Source: Candidatus Eiseniibacteriota bacterium (GTDB lineage: Bacteria > Eisenbacteria > RBG-16-71-46). Taken from it: a stretch of DNA of 35,120 bases. The position numbers were made by a program, and so were the translations under genes. This document shows positions 16,574 through 27,500 of this stretch, in pieces. The DNA lies in the NCBI GenBank assembly GCA_005893365.1, contig VBPB01000107.1, forward strand, positions 1-35,120, written 5' to 3'. Positions within the stretch are counted from its first letter, which is position 1. Each line of letters opens with the position of its first letter. The notes beneath the pieces are model-generated. The model was not told the origin of the DNA, ran no database searches, and saw only the letters and a program-made list of their open reading frames with translations.

Positions 16574-17914
16574 GTGCCGCCCGCCCACGATCCGACCGGC
16601 CGCGCCCGGGCCCCGGGCGACGTCCCGGCGCCGCGGCCGCCGGCGCGCATCAGCGGACCCCAGCTCCTCCAGGCCTACCTGTTCCTGGTGAGCAGCCTGC
16701 TGGTGGCGGGCGTGTTCCTGTTCACCTACCAGATGGTCAACGGCCTCTCGCGCGAGGTCGCCACGTCCTCGCGCGTGCTGGCGCGGTTCTGCGCCCAGGC
16801 CTCGTTCCCGGCCGCCACGGATCCGGCGCTCCACGCCATCATCCGCGAGCTGGTCGACAACGTCGACTTCCCGATCGTCATCACCGACAATGGCGGCATC
16901 CCGCGCGCGTGGCGCGCCGTCGGCATCGACCCGGCCTCGGTGGACAGCGCCTCGATCGACAGCCTCACCCTGGGGCTGCCGATCGCGCCGGTGATGCGGG
17001 CGCGGCTGGAGCGGGTGCGCGCCCGCGCGTTCGAGATGGACCGGCGCAACCCGCCCATCCCGATGCGCCAGCCCGGCACCGACCTCACCCTGGGCGCGGT
17101 CCACTACGGCGAGCCGGACGCGCTCGAGCGGCTGCGCTGGATGCCGTTCATCGCCGGCGGCGGGCTGGTGCTGCTCATCTCGCTCGGCTTCTGGGGGCTC
17201 ACCGGCATCCGCCAGGCCGAGAAGCGCTCGATCTGGGTGGGCATGGCGCGCGAGACCGCCCACCAGCTGGGCACGCCGCTCTCGGCGCTGCTGGGCTGGA
17301 TCGAGCTGCTGCGCTCGCACGGCGAGGCCCAAGGCGAGGAGGTCCGGCTGCCGCGGGCCGACTTCGCGGAGACCCTGGACGAGATGAAGCGCGACGTCGA
17401 GCGCCTGACCCGGGTGGCCCAGCGCTTCAGCCACGTGGGCTCGGCCCCGCAGCTCCAGCTGCGCGACGTGACGCCGATCGTGCGCGACGCGGTCCAGTAC
17501 CTGCGCCGCCGGCTGGGGCGCGCCGAGAGCGAGGTGCTGATCCGCGAGCGCTACCAGGTGGTGCCGCCGATCCTGCTCAACGCCGAGCTGATCGCCTGGG
17601 CGCTCGAGAACCTGGTCAACAACGCGGTCTCGGCGCTGGACAAGAAGCCGGGCGTGCTCGAGATCGGCGTCGAGCCGCGCGCCGACGGCGAGGGCGTCGA
17701 GGTCACCGTGACCGACAACGGCCGCGGCATGACCGCGGCCGAGCAGCGTCGCGCCTTCGAGCCGGGCTACACCACCAAGCGGCGCGGCTGGGGGCTGGGG
17801 CTGGCGCTGGCGCGGCGCGTGGTGCAGGACTACCACGGGGGGCGCCTGGTCGTGCGCCACAGCGCCCCCGGGCAGGGCACCACCATGGTGATCCGGTTGC
17901 CGAAGCCGAAGTGA
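16574..17914 (+). CDS. Two-TM sensor histidine kinase (HisKA + HATPase_c)
   Basis: TM1 is LFLVSSLLVAGVFLFTY, followed by an extracytoplasmic domain of about 150 aa, then TM2 FIAGGGLVLLISLGFWGL. H-box ETAHQLGTPLSALLGWIELL. N/G boxes ENLVNNAVSAL, DNGRGM, GWGLGLALARRVV. GTG start. Confidence 0.9.
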   Translation: MPPAHDPTGRARAPGDVPAPRPPARISGPQLLQAYLFLVSSLLVAGVFLFTYQMVNGLSREVATSSRVLARFCAQASFPAATDPALHAIIRELVDNVDFPIVITDNGGIPRAWRAVGIDPASVDSASIDSLTLGLPIAPVMRARLERVRARAFEMDRRNPPIPMRQPGTDLTLGAVHYGEPDALERLRWMPFIAGGGLVLLISLGFWGLTGIRQAEKRSIWVGMARETAHQLGTPLSALLGWIELLRSHGEAQGEEVRLPRADFAETLDEMKRDVERLTRVAQRFSHVGSAPQLQLRDVTPIVRDAVQYLRRRLGRAESEVLIRERYQVVPPILLNAELIAWALENLVNNAVSALDKKPGVLEIGVEPRADGEGVEVTVTDNGRGMTAAEQRRAFEPGYTTKRRGWGLGLALARRVVQDYHGGRLVVRHSAPGQGTTMVIRLPKPK

Positions 17915-17959
17915 CCGCGGTGTGGGAACCGCGCCCGCGGCGCGACCGGCCCCCGCTCG

Positions 17960-18823
17960 CTACCGCGCCTCGATCCGGATCGAGCCGTCGCCGCTGCTGA
18001 GGCGGACCAGCGGCCCGCCGCCGTTGAGCGAGCCGTGCACGTGGTTGCGGTTGACCCGCCCCGCCACGGTCATCGGCAGGTCCACGTCGATCGCCCCGTC
18101 GCCGGTGTGGGCGTCGAGCTCGGCCTTGAGATCGGCGGGCAGGCGCAGCGTCAGCCGCCCGTCGCCGGTGGTGGCCGAGACCCCCGCAGTGAGCCGCGAG
18201 CCCGGCATCACCTCCGCGGTGATCGAGCCGTCGCCGCTCCCCAGCGTCAGCGCGTCGAAGCGGCCGTCCACGTTGACGCTGCCGTCCCCGCTATGGGCCT
18301 CGAGCGTGCCATCGAGGGCGCGGCCGACGATGCGGCCGTCGCCGGTGGAGAGGCGCAGCTCGCCATGGGCGCCGTCCACGGTGATCGAGCCGTCGCCGGT
18401 GCGCACCGCCACGCGGCCGCGCATCGCCGGGACGGTGACGTCCCCGTCGCCGGTCTTGAGGTCCAGGTCCGAGGCCTCGGGCGTCCACACCTCGATGCGC
18501 AGCGAGCGGTGCCGCGGCGAGAACGAGAACTCCCAGCGCGGCGCGCGGGCCTGAACGTGCACCTCGTCGCCACCCTGGGCGCCGTCCACCTCCACGCCCC
18601 CCGAGCCGATCGGCCAGCCGACGGTGCTGACCCGCACCGTCACCGTCGGCCGGTCCCAGGTCCGGACCACCACCTCGCCGTCGTTGGTGATGATCTCGAC
18701 CGACGGCCGGTGGTGGACGTGGTAGGTCTGCTCCCAACGGCCGGTGGTCTCGGCCGCGGCGGAGGCGGCGAGGCCGGTCGAGGCGACGAGTGACAGCCAC
18801 AGCAGGGGAGTCGAGGCGCGCAT
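17960..18823 (-). CDS. Secreted DUF4097-family (putative adhesin / beta-helix) protein
   Basis: Signal peptide (LLWLSLVASTGLAASAAA). At least 8 iterations of (T/S)GDG(S/D/R)(I/V) spaced about 20 aa apart (TGDGDVTV, TGDGSITV, TGDGRIVG, SGDGSVNV, SGDGSITA, TGDGRLTL, TGDGAIDV, SGDGSIRI). Confidence 0.8.
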   Translation of the reverse strand: MRASTPLLWLSLVASTGLAASAAAETTGRWEQTYHVHHRPSVEIITNDGEVVVRTWDRPTVTVRVSTVGWPIGSGGVEVDGAQGGDEVHVQARAPRWEFSFSPRHRSLRIEVWTPEASDLDLKTGDGDVTVPAMRGRVAVRTGDGSITVDGAHGELRLSTGDGRIVGRALDGTLEAHSGDGSVNVDGRFDALTLGSGDGSITAEVMPGSRLTAGVSATTGDGRLTLRLPADLKAELDAHTGDGAIDVDLPMTVAGRVNRNHVHGSLNGGGPLVRLSSGDGSIRIEAR

Positions 18824-19061
18824 GGTCTTGCCCTCCAGAGGTTGTGGGACCTAAGGGGATGGGGGTGGCCCCGGCGTGCGGCGGGCGGCCCCGGCCGCGC
18901 CCTTCCCGCGGGACTCCGGGGCCAGCCCTTTCGCCAGAACGCGGGGCCGGCGCTATCATGCGGGGGAGACCCATCCGACCCTGGGCGGGGTAGTACGGGG
19001 GCCGGGCCCACGCCCTGCCGACCCGTCCCGACAGCTCATCCGGCCGAATCCCTCTCCCGAC

Positions 19062-20633
19062 ATGCCCGACGACACCAGACGCCGCATCCTCTGGGCGGAC
19101 GACGAGATCGACCTGCTCCGGCCCCACATCCGGATGCTGGAGCAGAAGGGCTACGCCGTCACGGCGGTCCCGACCGGCGAGGACGCCCTCTCGGCGCTCG
19201 GCCAGGAGCGGTTCGACATCGTCCTGCTCGACGAGATGATGCCCGGCATGGGCGGGCTCGCGACCCTCGACGCCATCCACGCCAAGGACCTCCAGGTGCC
19301 GGTCATCCTGGTCACCAAGAGCGAGGAGGAGGCGCTCATGGAGGAGGCGATCGGCAAGCGCATCACCGACTACCTCATCAAGCCGGTCAATCCCTCCCAG
19401 GTCTACCTGGCCTGCAAGCGCGTGCTCGACACCGGCCGGCTGCAGGAGTCGCGGCGCGCCCGCGACTACGCGGGCGAGATGCAGCGCTGGCAGGGGATCG
19501 ACGTGCGCGGCCTCGACTGGGACGGCTGGGTCGAGCTGGCCACCGACGTGGCGCGCTGGGACGTGCGCTTCGACGACCTGCACGAGGAGGGGCTCCAGCA
19601 GGCGCACCTCGACTTCCGGCGCGCGCTCAACATCGAGTTCGGACGCTTCGTCGAGTCCGGCTACGGGAACTGGGTGCATGGCGGCGACCCGCGGCCGCCG
19701 CTCTCCTCCGACGTGGTGCGCCGGTCGGTGCTGCCGCACCTGCGCGAGGGTCGGCGGGTGGTGTTCATCGTCATCGACTGCATGCGCCTCGACCAGTGGT
19801 TCACGCTCGAGCCGCTGCTCGACGACTACTTCGACATCCACCGCGACTTCTACTGCTCGATCCTGCCCACCGCGACCCCGTACGCGCGCAACGCCATCTT
19901 CTCGGGGCTGCTGCCGGCGGGCCTGCGCGAGAAGCACCCGGACCTGTGGCAGGAGAACAGCAACGACGAGCGGACCAAGAACCGCTACGAGCGCCAGCTG
20001 ATGGACTTCCAGCTGGAGCGCGAGAAGGCCACGCCGACCCGGCCGGTCAAGTACATGAAGATCTACGACGCCGACGAGGCGCACGCCACCGTGCGCCAGA
20101 TCAGCTCGTTCCGCGAGCTGGCGCTGGTGAGCATGGTGTTCAACTTCATCGACATCCTCGCCCACGGCCGCTCGGAGAGCGACATCCTCCAGGAGCTGGC
20201 GCCCGACGAGGCGGCCTTCCGCTCGGTCATGAAGGCCTGGTTCACGCACAGCCCGCTGTTCGACATCCTGCGCGCGCTGTCGCGGCAGGACTGCACCGTG
20301 GTCATCACCACCGACCACGGGGCGGTGCTCGCCAAGCGCGCCGCCCTGGTCTACGGCAACCGCGACACCTCCTCCAGCCTGCGCTACAAGTTCGGCCTCA
20401 ACCTCAACTGCGATCCCAAGCAGGCGGTGATCCTGCGCAAGCCGATGGACTTCATGCTGCCCGACGACGGCATCAACAAGAACTACGTGCTGGCGCGCGA
20501 GGACTTCTACTTCGTCTACCCGACCCGCTTCCACGAGTTCGAGCGCCAGTACCGCGGCTCGCTGCAGCACGGCGGCATCTCGGTCGAGGAGATGATCCTG
20601 CCGATCGCGACCCTGACGCCGCGCGGGCGATGA
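19062..20633 (+). CDS. porX: PorX-type response regulator: receiver domain fused to a PglZ (alkaline-phosphatase superfamily) domain
   Basis: REC domain: ILWADDEIDLLRPHIRMLEQKGYAV...DIVLLDEMMPGMGG...PVILVTKSEEE...DYLIKPVNPSQV. PglZ domain: VVFIVIDCMRLDQW, LPTATPYARNAIFSGLLP, NFIDILAHG, ITTDHGAV. ATG 19062 gives 523 aa. The track's 18876 start is an over-extension. Confidence 0.8.
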   Translation: MPDDTRRRILWADDEIDLLRPHIRMLEQKGYAVTAVPTGEDALSALGQERFDIVLLDEMMPGMGGLATLDAIHAKDLQVPVILVTKSEEEALMEEAIGKRITDYLIKPVNPSQVYLACKRVLDTGRLQESRRARDYAGEMQRWQGIDVRGLDWDGWVELATDVARWDVRFDDLHEEGLQQAHLDFRRALNIEFGRFVESGYGNWVHGGDPRPPLSSDVVRRSVLPHLREGRRVVFIVIDCMRLDQWFTLEPLLDDYFDIHRDFYCSILPTATPYARNAIFSGLLPAGLREKHPDLWQENSNDERTKNRYERQLMDFQLEREKATPTRPVKYMKIYDADEAHATVRQISSFRELALVSMVFNFIDILAHGRSESDILQELAPDEAAFRSVMKAWFTHSPLFDILRALSRQDCTVVITTDHGAVLAKRAALVYGNRDTSSSLRYKFGLNLNCDPKQAVILRKPMDFMLPDDGINKNYVLAREDFYFVYPTRFHEFERQYRGSLQHGGISVEEMILPIATLTPRGR

Positions 20634-21130
20634 GCGGCCCCGCCGTGGCCCCGGAGGGCGATCTCCGCGCGACCGCCTCGCCCGAGGCGACCGAGCGCCT
20701 GGGCGAGGCGCTGGCCGGATCCCTCGCCGCCGGCGACGTGCTCCTGCTCGTCGGGCCGCTCGGGGCCGGCAAGACCTGTCTCGTCGCCGGCCTGGCGCGC
20801 GGCCTCGGCTGCCCCGGCCGGGTGCGCAGCCCCTCGTTCACGCTGGTCAACGAGTACGAGGGGCGGCTGCCGCTCTTCCACCTCGACCTCTACCGGCTCC
20901 AAGGCCCCGAGGCCGAGGCACTGGGGCTCGAGGAGCGGCTCGAGCGCGGGGTGCTGGCGGTCGAGTGGGGCGAGCGGCTGCCCCGTCACCTGTGCCAGCA
21001 GGCGCTGGCGCTGCGCTTCGAGATCGCCACGGCGACCGAGCGGCGCATCCACGCCAGCGGCGAGGGTGCGCGCGGGCGCCAGCTGCTCGACGGCTTCCGG
21101 GCGGCGGCGGCTAAGGCGGCGTGGCGATGA
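20630..21130 (+). CDS. tsaE: tRNA t6A37 biosynthesis ATPase TsaE
   Basis: GDVLLLVGPLGAGKTCLVAGLARGLG...VRSPSFTLVNEY...LFHLDLYRL...LAVEWGERL. The ATG overlaps the porX-like stop (ATGA). Confidence 0.9.
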   Translation: MSGPAVAPEGDLRATASPEATERLGEALAGSLAAGDVLLLVGPLGAGKTCLVAGLARGLGCPGRVRSPSFTLVNEYEGRLPLFHLDLYRLQGPEAEALGLEERLERGVLAVEWGERLPRHLCQQALALRFEIATATERRIHASGEGARGRQLLDGFRAAAAKAAWR

Positions 21131-22344
21131 TCGGACTCGCCATCGAGGCGGCCACCGAGCACGTCGAGATCCTGGTGCGCGGCGCCCAGGGCGAGACGCT
21201 GGCCGCGGAGGTCGAGGAGGTGGGCCACGGCCACACGCGCCGGCTGACGCCGCTGGTGGCGCTGGCACTCGCGCGGGCGCGGGTGCGCCCGGCCGAGCTG
21301 GGCTGGGTCGCGGCCGACCTGGGCCCCGGCTCGTTCACCGGCGTGCGGGTGGGGCTCGCCACCGCCGAAGCCCTGGCGCTCGCCTCGGGCGCGGCGGTGC
21401 TCGGCGCCTCGTCGCTCGCGGCCCTGGCGCTGGCGAGCGGGGCGTCCGGCGCGCTGGTGGTGCCGCTGGTGCCGGCGGGGCGCCGCGACGTCTATGCCGG
21501 CTTCTTCCGCGCCGACCGCCGCGGGACCGTGAGCCTGCTCGCGGCCCCGCGCGTCGGGACGACTGCCGAGATCCTGGCCGCGGTCGCCGAGGCGCTCCCG
21601 CTGCTGGGGCGCGCCGCGGTCCGGTTCGTGGGGCCAGGAGCCGCGCGCGAGCAGGCGCTGCTCGAGGCCGCGCATCCGGGCAGCACCACGCCGGGGGTGC
21701 GCTTCGGCGGGCTCTCGGCCGACGACCTGGCCCATGCCGCGCGCTCGGGGCTCGGGCCGCGCGCCGGGCTGCCGGGGACCGCCGAGGGGATGCGCCCGAT
21801 GTACGTGCGGCCCGCGCAGGCCGAGGAGCGCGTGCGGCATCGCGTGACCGCCGCCGATCCGGTGACGCTGCGGCCGATGGCGCCTACAGACCTGCCGGCC
21901 ATCGCCCAGGTCGAGCGCGAGGTCTTCAGCGACCCTTGGCCCGAGTCGTTCTTCCTGGGCGAGATCACGAGGCCCCACGTGCACGCGTTCGTCGCCGAGT
22001 CGGGCGGCGCGCTCGCCGGCTACAGCGTCGCCTGGCTCGCCGCCGGCACCGGACATCTCGGCAACCTCGCGGTGCTGCCCGGACACCGGCGCCGCGGCAT
22101 CGCCCGGCGCCTGCTCACGCACCTGATGGCCGACGCGACCGCCCAAGGCTGCGAGGGGATCGCCCTCGAAGTCCGGGTCTCCAACTTCGCGGCCCAGGGG
22201 CTCTACCGCGCCCACGGATTCCGTCTGGCGGGGCTCAGGCGCGGGTATTATCGTGACACGGGCGAAGATGCGCTGGTGATGGCGTGGCATGCCACGTCCG
22301 GATCCGGCCTCGGCGACGCCGTTCCCGACTCCACGGAGACTTAG
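21127..22344 (+). CDS. tsaB: Fusion of TsaB (t6A dimerisation subunit) and RimI (GNAT ribosomal-protein alanine acetyltransferase)
   Basis: N-terminal half: IGLAIEAATEHVEILV...VAADLGPGSFTGVRVGLATAEALA (TsaB). C-terminal half: LRPMAPTDLPAIAQVEREVFSDPWPESFF...LGNLAVLPGHRRRGIARRLL...ALEVRVSNFAAQGLYRAHGF (RimI). ATG 21127 overlaps the tsaE stop; GTG 21121 is an alternative. Confidence 0.85.
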   Translation: MIGLAIEAATEHVEILVRGAQGETLAAEVEEVGHGHTRRLTPLVALALARARVRPAELGWVAADLGPGSFTGVRVGLATAEALALASGAAVLGASSLAALALASGASGALVVPLVPAGRRDVYAGFFRADRRGTVSLLAAPRVGTTAEILAAVAEALPLLGRAAVRFVGPGAAREQALLEAAHPGSTTPGVRFGGLSADDLAHAARSGLGPRAGLPGTAEGMRPMYVRPAQAEERVRHRVTAADPVTLRPMAPTDLPAIAQVEREVFSDPWPESFFLGEITRPHVHAFVAESGGALAGYSVAWLAAGTGHLGNLAVLPGHRRRGIARRLLTHLMADATAQGCEGIALEVRVSNFAAQGLYRAHGFRLAGLRRGYYRDTGEDALVMAWHATSGSGLGDAVPDSTET

Positions 22345-22356
22345 TCCGACCCCCGC

Positions 22357-23310
22357 ATGAGCTGGCTCAAGCGCGAACGCAAGCGCATCAAGAAGACCGA
22401 CAAGCCCGAACGGCCCGATCTGCCCGAAGGGCTGTGGACCAAGTGCGAGGGCTGCGGCGAGGCGCTGTTCCAGACGGTGCTCGAGGAGAACCTCTGGACC
22501 TGCCCCAAGTGCGGCTTCCACTTCCGGGTCCCGGCGCGCACCTACCTCGCGGTGCTGGTCGACGAGGGCTCGTTCGCGGAGCGTGACGCGCGCCTGGTCG
22601 CCGGCGACCCGCTCGAGTTCCGCGACGCGCGGATGCGCTATCCCGACCGGCTCAAGGCGGCGCAGCGCGAGACCGGGATGAGCGACGCGCTGCTCTCGGG
22701 CGTCGCCACCATCGGCGGCAAGCCGGTGAGTGTGGCCCTGATGGACTTCTTCTTCATGGGCGGCAGCATGGGCTCGGTGGTGGGCGAGAAGATCGCGCGC
22801 GCCATCGAGCGGGCGATGGCCGAGCGGCGCGCGGTGGTGATCGTCTCGTCGACCGGCGGGGCGCGCATGCAGGAGGGCATCCTCTCGCTGATGCAGATGG
22901 CCAAGACCTCGGCGCTGCTGGCGAAGCTCCAGGCCGAACGCCTGCCGTTCATCTCGATCCTGGTCGATCCCTCGATGGCGGGCGTGCTGGCCTCGTTCGC
23001 CTCGCTCGGCGACGTCATCGTGGCCGAGCCCGGGGCGCTGGTGGGCTTCGCCGGGGCGCGGGTCATCCGGCAGACCATCGGCCAGGACCTGCCCGAGGGC
23101 TTCCAGCGCTCGGAGTTCGTGCTGGAGAAGGGGTTCATCGACCGCATCGTCCACCGCCGACAGATGCGCGCCGAGGTCGGGCACCTGCTCGAGTTCTTCT
23201 GGCGCTCCACACGCGGCTTCGCTCCCGAGGGCCAGCCCTCGCCGCACCCATTCCACGCCGGGGCCCCCTCGGCGGACGGGACCGCTGCACCGGATGCCCT
23301 GACGAAGTGA
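22357..23310 (+). CDS. accD: Acetyl-CoA carboxylase carboxyltransferase beta subunit
   Basis: Zn ribbon WTKCEGCGEALFQTVLEENLWTCPKCGFHFRV, then MDFFFMGGSMGSVVGEKI...SSTGGARMQEGILSLMQMAKT. Confidence 0.95.
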   Translation: MSWLKRERKRIKKTDKPERPDLPEGLWTKCEGCGEALFQTVLEENLWTCPKCGFHFRVPARTYLAVLVDEGSFAERDARLVAGDPLEFRDARMRYPDRLKAAQRETGMSDALLSGVATIGGKPVSVALMDFFFMGGSMGSVVGEKIARAIERAMAERRAVVIVSSTGGARMQEGILSLMQMAKTSALLAKLQAERLPFISILVDPSMAGVLASFASLGDVIVAEPGALVGFAGARVIRQTIGQDLPEGFQRSEFVLEKGFIDRIVHRRQMRAEVGHLLEFFWRSTRGFAPEGQPSPHPFHAGAPSADGTAAPDALTK

Positions 23311-24542
23311 GCGTGGGCCTTCAGCATGCCCTCGAGGCGCTCTACGGCCGGGAGCGCCGCCGCGACAAGCACGACCTGATCGGCATCACCGCGTTGCTCG
23401 AGGCGATGGGCGACCCGCACCGCGCCTTCCGCTCGGTCCACGTCGCCGGCACCAACGGCAAGGGCTCGGTCTGCGCGCTGATCGAGCGGGCGCTGCGCGC
23501 CGCGGGCCTGCGCACCGGGCTCTTCACCTCGCCCCACCTGGTCGACTTCCGCGAGCGCATCCGGGTGAGCGGACGCTGGGCCGACGAGGCCGCGCTCGCG
23601 CAGTGCCTGGAGGGGATCGGCGCGCGGCCCGAGGGGCGCGACCGCACGTTCTTCGAGGTGTGCACCGCGCTGGCCTTCGCCACGTTCGCCGCCCAGGCGG
23701 TGGAGCTCGCCGTGGTGGAGGTGGGGCTCGGCGGCCGGCTCGACTGCACCAACGTCATCACCCCCGAGGTCACGGTCATCACCTCGATCGGGCTCGACCA
23801 CACCGAGATCCTGGGCGACACGCTCGCGGCGATCGCGGGCGAGAAGGCGGGCATCATCAAGCCGGGGGTCCCGGTGGTCCTGGGGGCCATGCCCGACGAG
23901 GCGCGCCGCGTCATCGAACGGGTGGCGCGCGAGCGCGGCGCCCCGCTCCACCTGCGGGGCGTGGCACCGGCCGCCGCACCCGCGGGATCGTCGCCGCGGC
24001 CGGTGCTCGACCTCAACCGGCGCACCGCGCTGGCGGCACTCGACGCCCTGGCCTCGCGCGGCGTCCCGCTCCCGCCCCAGGCGGTGGCGGAGGGGCTGGC
24101 GGCGGCCCGCTGGCCCGGGCGGCTCGAGCCCTGTCCGCGCGAGCCCCGGCTGTGGTGGGATGGCGCCCACAATCCCAGCGGGATGGGGCGGCTCGTCGAC
24201 CTGTGGGCGGGGCCCTCGGCCCCGCCCCGTCCGTCGGTGGTGGTGCTCGGGCTCTCGGTGGACAAGGACGCGGACCAGGTGCTGCGGGTGCTGCGCGGCG
24301 CGTTCCCGCAGGCGCGGTTGATCGCCACCCGCTCGCGCAGCGAGCGCGCGCTGGCGCCCGAGGCACTCGCCGCCCGGGCGGCCGCGGCGGGGTTCGACGT
24401 CGAGACGCTGCCCGACGTGCCGCTCGCGGTCGCGCGCGGGCTCGAGCGGGCGGGCGAGGGCATCGTGCTGCTCACCGGCTCGCTGTTCGCGGTGGGCGAG
24501 GCGATGGAAGCCTACGGCGGCGCCCCGGGGGAGCTGCTGTGA
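23307..24542 (+). CDS. folC: Folylpolyglutamate synthase / dihydrofolate synthase
   Basis: HVAGTNGKGSVCALIE...LFTSPHLVDFRERI...VVEVGLGGRLDCTNVI...ITSIGLDHTEILG. GTG start overlaps the accD stop. accD-folC synteny. Confidence 0.9.
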   Translation: MSVGLQHALEALYGRERRRDKHDLIGITALLEAMGDPHRAFRSVHVAGTNGKGSVCALIERALRAAGLRTGLFTSPHLVDFRERIRVSGRWADEAALAQCLEGIGARPEGRDRTFFEVCTALAFATFAAQAVELAVVEVGLGGRLDCTNVITPEVTVITSIGLDHTEILGDTLAAIAGEKAGIIKPGVPVVLGAMPDEARRVIERVARERGAPLHLRGVAPAAAPAGSSPRPVLDLNRRTALAALDALASRGVPLPPQAVAEGLAAARWPGRLEPCPREPRLWWDGAHNPSGMGRLVDLWAGPSAPPRPSVVVLGLSVDKDADQVLRVLRGAFPQARLIATRSRSERALAPEALAARAAAAGFDVETLPDVPLAVARGLERAGEGIVLLTGSLFAVGEAMEAYGGAPGELL

Positions 24543-27500
24543 GGCGGGGGCTCGCGTCGCTCCTGGTGCTGGGGGGGATGGGGCTCACCGCGGCGGCGCG
24601 GGGCGCGGCGCCGGAGGCCCCGGCGCCGCCGCTCAACCTGGCGGCCGACAACGTGAGCGGCACGCGCGGGCCCGAGGGCGATATCGTCCTGCTCAACGGC
24701 AACGTGCACATCACCAGGGGCACGACCGTCATCACCTCGGAGACCGGACGCTACCTGCGCGGCAAGGGGATGCTCTACCTGGACCGGCACGTGCGCATGG
24801 TGGACAGCACCACCACCGTCTCGTGCGACCACGCGGCCTACTCGGAGAACAGCGACGTCCTGGAGTTGATGGGCGCGGTCCACATCACCGATCGCGACGC
24901 GGTGCTGGAGGCGCCCTCGGGCACCTACGACCGCAAGCACGGGCGCGCCGACCTCTATGGCAGGGTCACCGCCGCCGACAGCACCCAGCGCGTCACCTGC
25001 GACCGGCTCGCCTACTTCCGCAACGAGAACCGGTTCGAGGCGCGCGGGCACGTGGTGGGCGAGGACGTCCACCACCGCACCACGCTGCTGGCCGACTCGG
25101 TGGACTACCACCGGGCGGACCACGAGGCGGTGGCGCGCGGGAACCCGGTGATGCGCTCGCGCGACAAGGACGGCCGCGTCGCCGAGCTGCGCGCGATCAC
25201 GCTGCGGCTCAACAGCGAGCAGCGCCTCGCCGAGGCCATCGACTCGGTGCGGGTGGGGCGCGACACGCTGCAGGCGCGCGCCGACTACGCCCTGTTCGAC
25301 GACCAGGCGGACCGCGGCTGGCTGCTGGGGCACCCGCGGGCGTGGGACGACGAGACCACGGTGACCGGCGACACGCTCGAGATCTGGACCGAGCACCGCG
25401 CGCTGCGGCGGTTCGTGGTGCGGCACGGCGCCACCATCGACTACGCCGGGGCGCGGCCCGACACCCGGGGCGAGACCAGCCGCCTCACCGGACAGCAGAT
25501 CGACGTGTTCTTCGCCAACGACGTCATGGACAGCCTGGTCGCGGTCGGCCAGGCGAAGGACGAGTACCAGGCGGTGCCGCGGGCCGGCAAGACCGCCGAG
25601 AAGAACCACTCGCAGGGCGACACCATCACCGTCTTCTTCGCCGATCGCAAGATCGAGCGCGCCGTGGTCGAGGGCACGGCGAGCGGGGAGTACCACTTCG
25701 AGGTGGGGGAGGGCGACACGCTCGCGGCCCAGACCGAGGTGGTCAAGTACGACGCGCCGCGCATCGAGTTCATCGTGCCCAAGGACCGCATCGTCCTCGA
25801 CCGGCGCTCGCACCTCACCTACAAGGAGCTCGAGCTGCACGCCAAGCGGGTGGAGTTCAACAGCGAGCAGCAGACGCTGGTGGCCACCGGCGATCCCAAG
25901 CTCGTCGACCGGGGCGAGGAGGTGACCGGCCACCTCATGACCTACGACCTCGAGACGCGCACCGGCAACATCTACAAGGCGGAGACCGCGTTCGAGAAGG
26001 GCCTCTACCACGGCGAGCGCATCCGCAAGGTGGGCGACAACGAGCTGGAGGTCATGGATGGCTCGTACAGCACCTGCGACCGGGATCCGCCCGACTATCG
26101 ATTCCAGTCCCACCGCATGAAGGTCTATCTCAGGGACAAGCTGGTGGCGAAGCCGGTGGTGTTCTACGTGAAGAACGTGCCCCTGTTCGCCCTGCCCTTC
26201 TACGTGTTCCCGATCAAGCCCGGCCGGCACTCGGGCTTCATGTTTCCGCAGACCGAATTCGGATTCAACAACAAGGCCGGGCAGTTCATCCGCAACGCCG
26301 GCTACTACTGGGCGCCCAACGACTACTTCGACGTGACGGCCTCGGGGGACTACTACCAGGCCGAGCCCTCGTGGGTGCTGCGCGGTGACCTGGTGTACAA
26401 CCTGCTGTACCGGTTCGCGGGCCGCGTCAACGGCACCTACGCGCGCAGCGGGGCGGACAACGACCAGCGCTGGAGCCTGACCGCCGACCACTCGCAGGAC
26501 ATCAGCGACAAGACCCACCTCACGGCGCAGGCCTCGTTCGTGTCGAGCCGCGAGTACAACCGCGACCTGCTGTTCAACCGCACGCTCTCGCAGCGCCTCG
26601 ACCGGTTCCTGACCTCGAGCCTCTCGATCTCGCACTACGCCGGGTGGGCCAGCATGAACGTGGTCTTCGACCGGCGCCAGGACCTCGACGCCGACCAGAG
26701 CCTCCGCGATCCCACCGCCGTCCCCGGCCAGGTCGCCTCGCTGCCGAATCTCACCGAGACCCTCCCGTCGGTGTCGGTGACGTTCCCGACCCGCACGCTG
26801 GGGGCACTGAGTTTCCTGAAGCACACCGCCCTGGCGAAGCCGCTCTCGTCCGTCTACTTCAGCCTCAGCAGCCGGTTCGTGACCTTCCACCAGCGCACCG
26901 GCTTCCTGGACGACCTCGACTCGCTGCGCCAGCGCAACCTCACGCGGCGCGCGCTGGCCAGCGCCTCCTCGATCAGCGACTCGCGCCGCCTGTTCGGGTG
27001 GCTCAACCTGGCCCCGGCGCTCAACCTCAACACCGTGGTGTTCGATCACGACAAGCTCGGGCAGCGGTTCGTGCCCACCGGCACCTGGAGCGCGTCGGTC
27101 ACCAGCAGCACCTCGCTGTACGGCAGCTTCCATCCGCACCTGGGCCCCCTGGTCGGCCTGCGCCACGTGGTGTTCCCGAACCTCTCGTTCTCGTACAGCC
27201 CCGAGTTCCGCGGGCTCACCTTCGTGGACGCCTCCGGGATCCGGCGGGACCGCTTCGAGGGGTTCGGCGGCATCGGCGTCTCGGGATTCAAGAACGCGCG
27301 CATGAACTTCGCGCTCGGCCAGCGGCTGCAGGCCAAGCTCAAGCACGGCGACGCCATCAACCACCTCGACAACCTGCTCGCCTGGGACATGGGCGGCTCC
27401 TACAACTTCCTGTGGCGCGAGCAGCTCGAGAAGCACCCGCTCTCGACCATCAACTCGGCGATGCGGCTGCAGCCGCCGGGCCTGCTGAGCGCCGATCTCT

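Noticed and set aside
19062-20633. PglZ domain as a marker of a BREX-type phage-defence system
   Set aside because: The PglZ domain is fused to a receiver domain (PorX architecture). The gene is flanked by tsaE, accD, folC and lptD. No BrxA/B/C, PglX methyltransferase, BrxL or other defence genes are in the window.
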